Source: Naegleria gruberi (Eukaryota). From it: a stretch of DNA of 1,130 nucleotides. This document shows positions 1 to 1,130 of the stretch, in pieces (positions within the stretch are counted from its first letter, which is position 1; each line of letters begins with the position of its first letter). Under the pieces are notes generated by a model. It was given only the letters and a program-made list of their open reading frames with translations, was not told where the DNA came from and did not search any database. The stretch lies in the NCBI GenBank assembly GCA_000004985.1, contig GG739539.1. One strand, given 5' to 3'. A program made the translations under genes and the position numbers.

Positions 1-73
1 GTTTTGAAAGAGTTTTGAATATTGTAACAAAGCAGCAGAAAGTGGACATTCACAGGCACAGTTTGATGTTGGA

Positions 74-538
74 TTGAATTATTTGGAAGGAGAAGGAGTG
101 GAGAGAAATGTGGAATGTGCCATGACTTGGTTTACCAAATCTGCCAATCAGAATAATTTATTTGCCATGAAGAAATTGGCTCAATTGTATGATATTGGTG
201 ATGTAATTCCAAGAAATGTAAATGAAGCATTCAAATGGTGTTTAAATGCTGCAGAATTAGGTGATTCTGGTAGTCAATATGATGTTGCTGCCATGTATGA
301 ATTTGGAGATGGTACTGAAAGAGATTTATCCAAAGCTTTTGAATGGTATTCCAAGTCAGCTCATCAAAAGAATCCCCAAGGTGAATTCCAAGTTGGATTA
401 ATGTATTGCTTGGGTAAACATGTGGAAAAGGATCTCAGTAAAGGTTTGGAGTTTGCATTGAGAGCTGCTGAACAAGGATTGTCAAAAGCTCAATACGTTG
501 TGGCTGACATGTATCCTAAGAGTGGAGTACTTGGGTAA
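74..538 (+). CDS. Sel1-like repeat (SLR, TPR-like) protein. The track ORF starts at TTG 74, but homology and the 36-aa repeat register continue upstream to nt 8-11, so the N-terminus is probably truncated or mis-called. The ORF ends with tandem stops TAA TAG (536-541).
   Basis: The translation contains five consecutive 36-aa units with the Sel1 signature (A-F-x-W-[YFC]-x-K-[SA]-A-E-x-G; Q/Y-x-[LV]-[GA]-x-M-Y-x-x-G-x-G-V-x-[KR]-[DN]). The units are 11..118 SFEYCNKAAESGHSQAQFDVGLNYLEGEGVERNVEC, 119..226 AMTWFTKSANQNNLFAMKKLAQLYDIGDVIPRNVNE, 227..334 AFKWCLNAAELGDSGSQYDVAAMYEFGDGTERDLSK, 335..442 AFEWYSKSAHQKNPQGEFQVGLMYCLGKHVEKDLSK, and 443..535 GLEFALRAAEQGLSKAQYVVADMYPKSGVLG (truncated last unit). 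Codon usage is consistent throughout. That this is coding is high confidence. The N-terminal boundary is low confidence because of the in-frame TGA at 5-7 and the lack of an ATG/GTG before codon 122. Confidence 0.85.
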   Translation: MNYLEGEGVERNVECAMTWFTKSANQNNLFAMKKLAQLYDIGDVIPRNVNEAFKWCLNAAELGDSGSQYDVAAMYEFGDGTERDLSKAFEWYSKSAHQKNPQGEFQVGLMYCLGKHVEKDLSKGLEFALRAAEQGLSKAQYVVADMYPKSGVLG

Positions 539-578
539 TAGACAGTGTTATAGTTGGTTTTTAGTTGGCTATGTTCCG

Positions 579-770
579 TCTAAACCCCATCCACAACCCT
601 ACTACCACCGACTACAACCCTAATTTCCCCCAACTTGTTTCCGAAAATAACTGAACGATTTTCCAGAAATTAATCGAATATCAGCCCATAATCGCCTGAC
701 CGTTTTAGTTCAGTGTTAGTTGGTTGGTAGTCGGTTGATTGTTGGGTAAAGGAATGAAATTGGTGGGTAA
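579..770. repeat. Long imperfect dyad with strand-composition switch. A G-depleted C/A-rich block (579-636, one G in 58 nt) and a C-depleted G/T-rich block (712-770, one C in 59 nt) are symmetric about ~671. They share a perfect complementary 9-mer core, ACCGACTAC (607-615) / GTAGTCGGT (727-735).
   Basis: This is read directly from the sequence. The left block is ...ccccatccacaaccctactaccaccgactacaaccctaatttcccccaac... and the right block is ...gttagttggttggtagtcggttgattgttgggtaaaggaatgaaattggtgggtaa.... The lone G (610) and lone C (732) are the residues that would pair with each other in the core. Flank complementarity around the core is ~70% with indels. The palindrome ATTAAT (669-674) sits at the centre. 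Confidence 0.55.
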
Positions 771-855
771 CTATTCAATAAATATTCAGTAACCATTCGG
801 TTATTATATGGTAAACATTCAGTGACTATTCGGTGAACATTCAGTTTCTATGCGG
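767..855. repeat. Direct-repeat array with three copies of a ~22-bp unit. The copies are 780-801 aaatattcagtaaccattcggt, 813-834 aaacattcagtgactattcggt, and 835-855 gaacattcagtttctatgcgg. A degenerate half-unit precedes them at 767-779 (gtaactattcaat), and an 11-nt spacer (tattatatggt) lies at 802-812.
   Basis: Read directly. Copies 1 and 2 are 19/22 identical and copy 3 is ~16/21. Each unit is built of two ~11-bp half-units ending ATTCAGT / ATTCGGT, giving ~11-bp (one helical turn) phasing. Confidence 0.6.
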
Positions 856-936
856 CTTTTAGTGTGTTGGTATTTGACTGAAAGTTTCCCTTAATTTACT
901 CTGTTGACCATTACAATTTTCATAATTTGAGTAAAA

Positions 937-952
937 CTGATTTATTTATTTA
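937..952 (-). promoter_or_regulatory. Two overlapping AATAAA hexamers (TAAATAAATAAATCAG on the - strand) starting inside and immediately after the TAA stop of the - strand gene. They could be a poly(A) signal if the source is eukaryotic or viral, or may just be A/T-rich 3' flank.
   Basis: The - strand sequence at 952..937 is taaataaataaatcag. The function is inferred only from the motif. Confidence 0.2.
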
Positions 953-1129
953 CAATTGTTGTGCTTCTTCTGAGTCTGATTGACCATTATCTGAATAAAG
1001 ATCTGCACCATCTGATTCCATATCAAGCAAATTAATTGCGTCTGCTGAAGGTTGTGTTGCTCTTGTGTCAGGTTTTTTGATCCAATCTTTAACAAGTGTT
1101 AAAAAAACAACTTCATCTTCTGCAACATA
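950..1129 (-). CDS. 3' end (C-terminal 59 codons plus TAA stop at 950-952) of an unidentified protein-coding gene that enters from beyond the right edge of the window. It has an acidic, Ser/Asp/Glu-rich C-terminal tail.
   Basis: Manual reverse-complement translation in the frame starting at 1129 gives YVAEDEVVFLTLVKDWIKKPDTRATQPSADAINLLDMESDGADLYSDNGQSDSEEAQQL* with no internal stop over 180 nt; the other two - frames hit stops within 10 codons. Codon usage (AGA Arg, CAA Gln, GGT Gly, TGG Trp) matches the + strand gene. It is absent from the ORF track because its start codon lies outside the window. The product is not recognised. Confidence 0.5.
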   Translation of the reverse strand, partial: YVAEDEVVFLTLVKDWIKKPDTRATQPSADAINLLDMESDGADLYSDNGQSDSEEAQQL

Positions 1130-1130
1130 G

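Larger units (their letters stand above)
543..870. repeat. Dispersed, permuted short-motif family (X = TTTTAGT, Y = CAGTGTTA, Z = GTTGG) at 543-568 (Y-ta-Z-t-X-t-gg), 703-723 (X-t-Y-Z) and 857-870 (X-gtgt-Z). The X motifs fall at 559, 703 and 857, i.e. ~145-155 bp apart.
   Basis: Read directly: cagtgttatagttggtttttagttgg (543-568), ttttagttcagtgttagttgg (703-723), and ttttagtgtgttgg (857-870). This suggests the spacer is built from ~150-bp diverged units. Confidence 0.4.

Noticed and set aside
536-585. Possible rho-independent terminator after the Sel1 gene stop (T-run at 558-562)
   Set aside because: No GC-rich stem precedes the T-run. The best stem candidates (gacag/ccgtc, tatagttgg/ggctatg) are mismatched and weak. 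No intrinsic terminator is called.
612-623. CAACCCTAA resembles the C-strand of a TTAGGG-type telomeric repeat
   Set aside because: Only a single copy is present and there is no tandem array. It is part of the short direct repeat ccacaaccctac / ctacaaccctaa inside the G-depleted block, so a telomere or telomere-derived sequence is not supported.
536-760. Reading TAA/TAG as sense (ciliate-type code) so that the Sel1 ORF continues into the spacer and TGA (5-7) is the true stop
   Set aside because: The downstream translation is not protein-like. It uses CCG/CGT/CGA codons that are absent from the gene, and the base composition and codon usage do not fit known TAA/TAG=Gln lineages.
812-850. Heat-shock-element-like GAAnnTTC units (tgaacattcagt) in the 22-bp repeats
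   Set aside because: Only two of the half-units carry GAA. The required third alternating nGAAn/nTTCn unit in correct 5-bp phase is missing, and the site lies at a gene 3' end. It is mentioned under the repeat finding but not called as an HSE.
767-855. CRISPR array
   Set aside because: The repeats are only ~11-22 bp, degenerate, and directly abutting without unique spacers of 25-40 bp, so this is not CRISPR architecture.
856-949. Promoter for a + strand gene downstream (A/T-rich stretch with TTGACC at 904-909 and TATAAT-like cataat at 921-926)
   Set aside because: TTGACC...17 nt...CATAAT is superficially a sigma70-like -35/-10 pair. But the region downstream on the + strand has no ORF (all + frames are closed and the - strand is coding), so a + strand promoter here has no target. 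It is left as an unsupported motif coincidence in A/T-rich sequence.
904-989. Exact 10-mer TTGACCATTA repeated at 904-913 (3' flank) and 980-989 (inside the - strand CDS)
   Set aside because: For a ~1.1-kb window the expected number of chance 10-mer direct matches is on the order of 0.5. There is no extended similarity around either copy, so it is most likely coincidence.
1-1130. tRNA, rRNA or other canonical structured RNA genes
   Set aside because: No stretch shows the conserved tRNA boxes (GTTCRANYC T-loop or a D-loop with acceptor complementarity) or rRNA-like conserved segments. None is supported by eye, although a covariance-model scan would be needed to be certain.

Overview
This 1130-bp window is moderately AT-rich (roughly 35-40% GC by eye) and holds two convergent coding regions separated by a ~410-bp non-coding spacer with unusually ordered repeat structure. 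The first is a + strand Sel1-like repeat (SLR/TPR-like) protein, called at 74..538, whose 36-aa repeat register continues upstream to nt 11 across an in-frame TGA at 5-7. The second is the 3' end (last 59 codons plus stop, 950..1129) of an unidentified gene on the - strand. The spacer contains four ordered elements. (a) A 58-nt G-depleted C/A-rich block and a 59-nt C-depleted G/T-rich block sit symmetrically around ~671. Their single exceptional G and C lie in a perfectly complementary 9-mer core (ACCGACTAC / GTAGTCGGT), so the two blocks form an imperfect long dyad. (b) Three copies of a ~22-bp direct repeat (RAAYATTCAGTRACYATTCGGT) plus degenerate half-units lie at 767-855. (c) A short motif family (TTTTAGT / CAGTGTTA / GTTGG) recurs at ~150-bp spacing in permuted arrangements. 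(d) An A/T-rich stretch with overlapping AATAAA hexamers abuts the - strand stop. Codon usage is similar in the two coding regions (Arg AGA only, Leu TTG/TTA, Gln mostly CAA, Gly GGT/GGA). No rRNA, tRNA, CRISPR array, or convincing intrinsic terminator is visible. The taxonomic origin cannot be fixed from sequence alone; a low-GC bacterium, a giant virus and a yeast-like eukaryote all remain possible.
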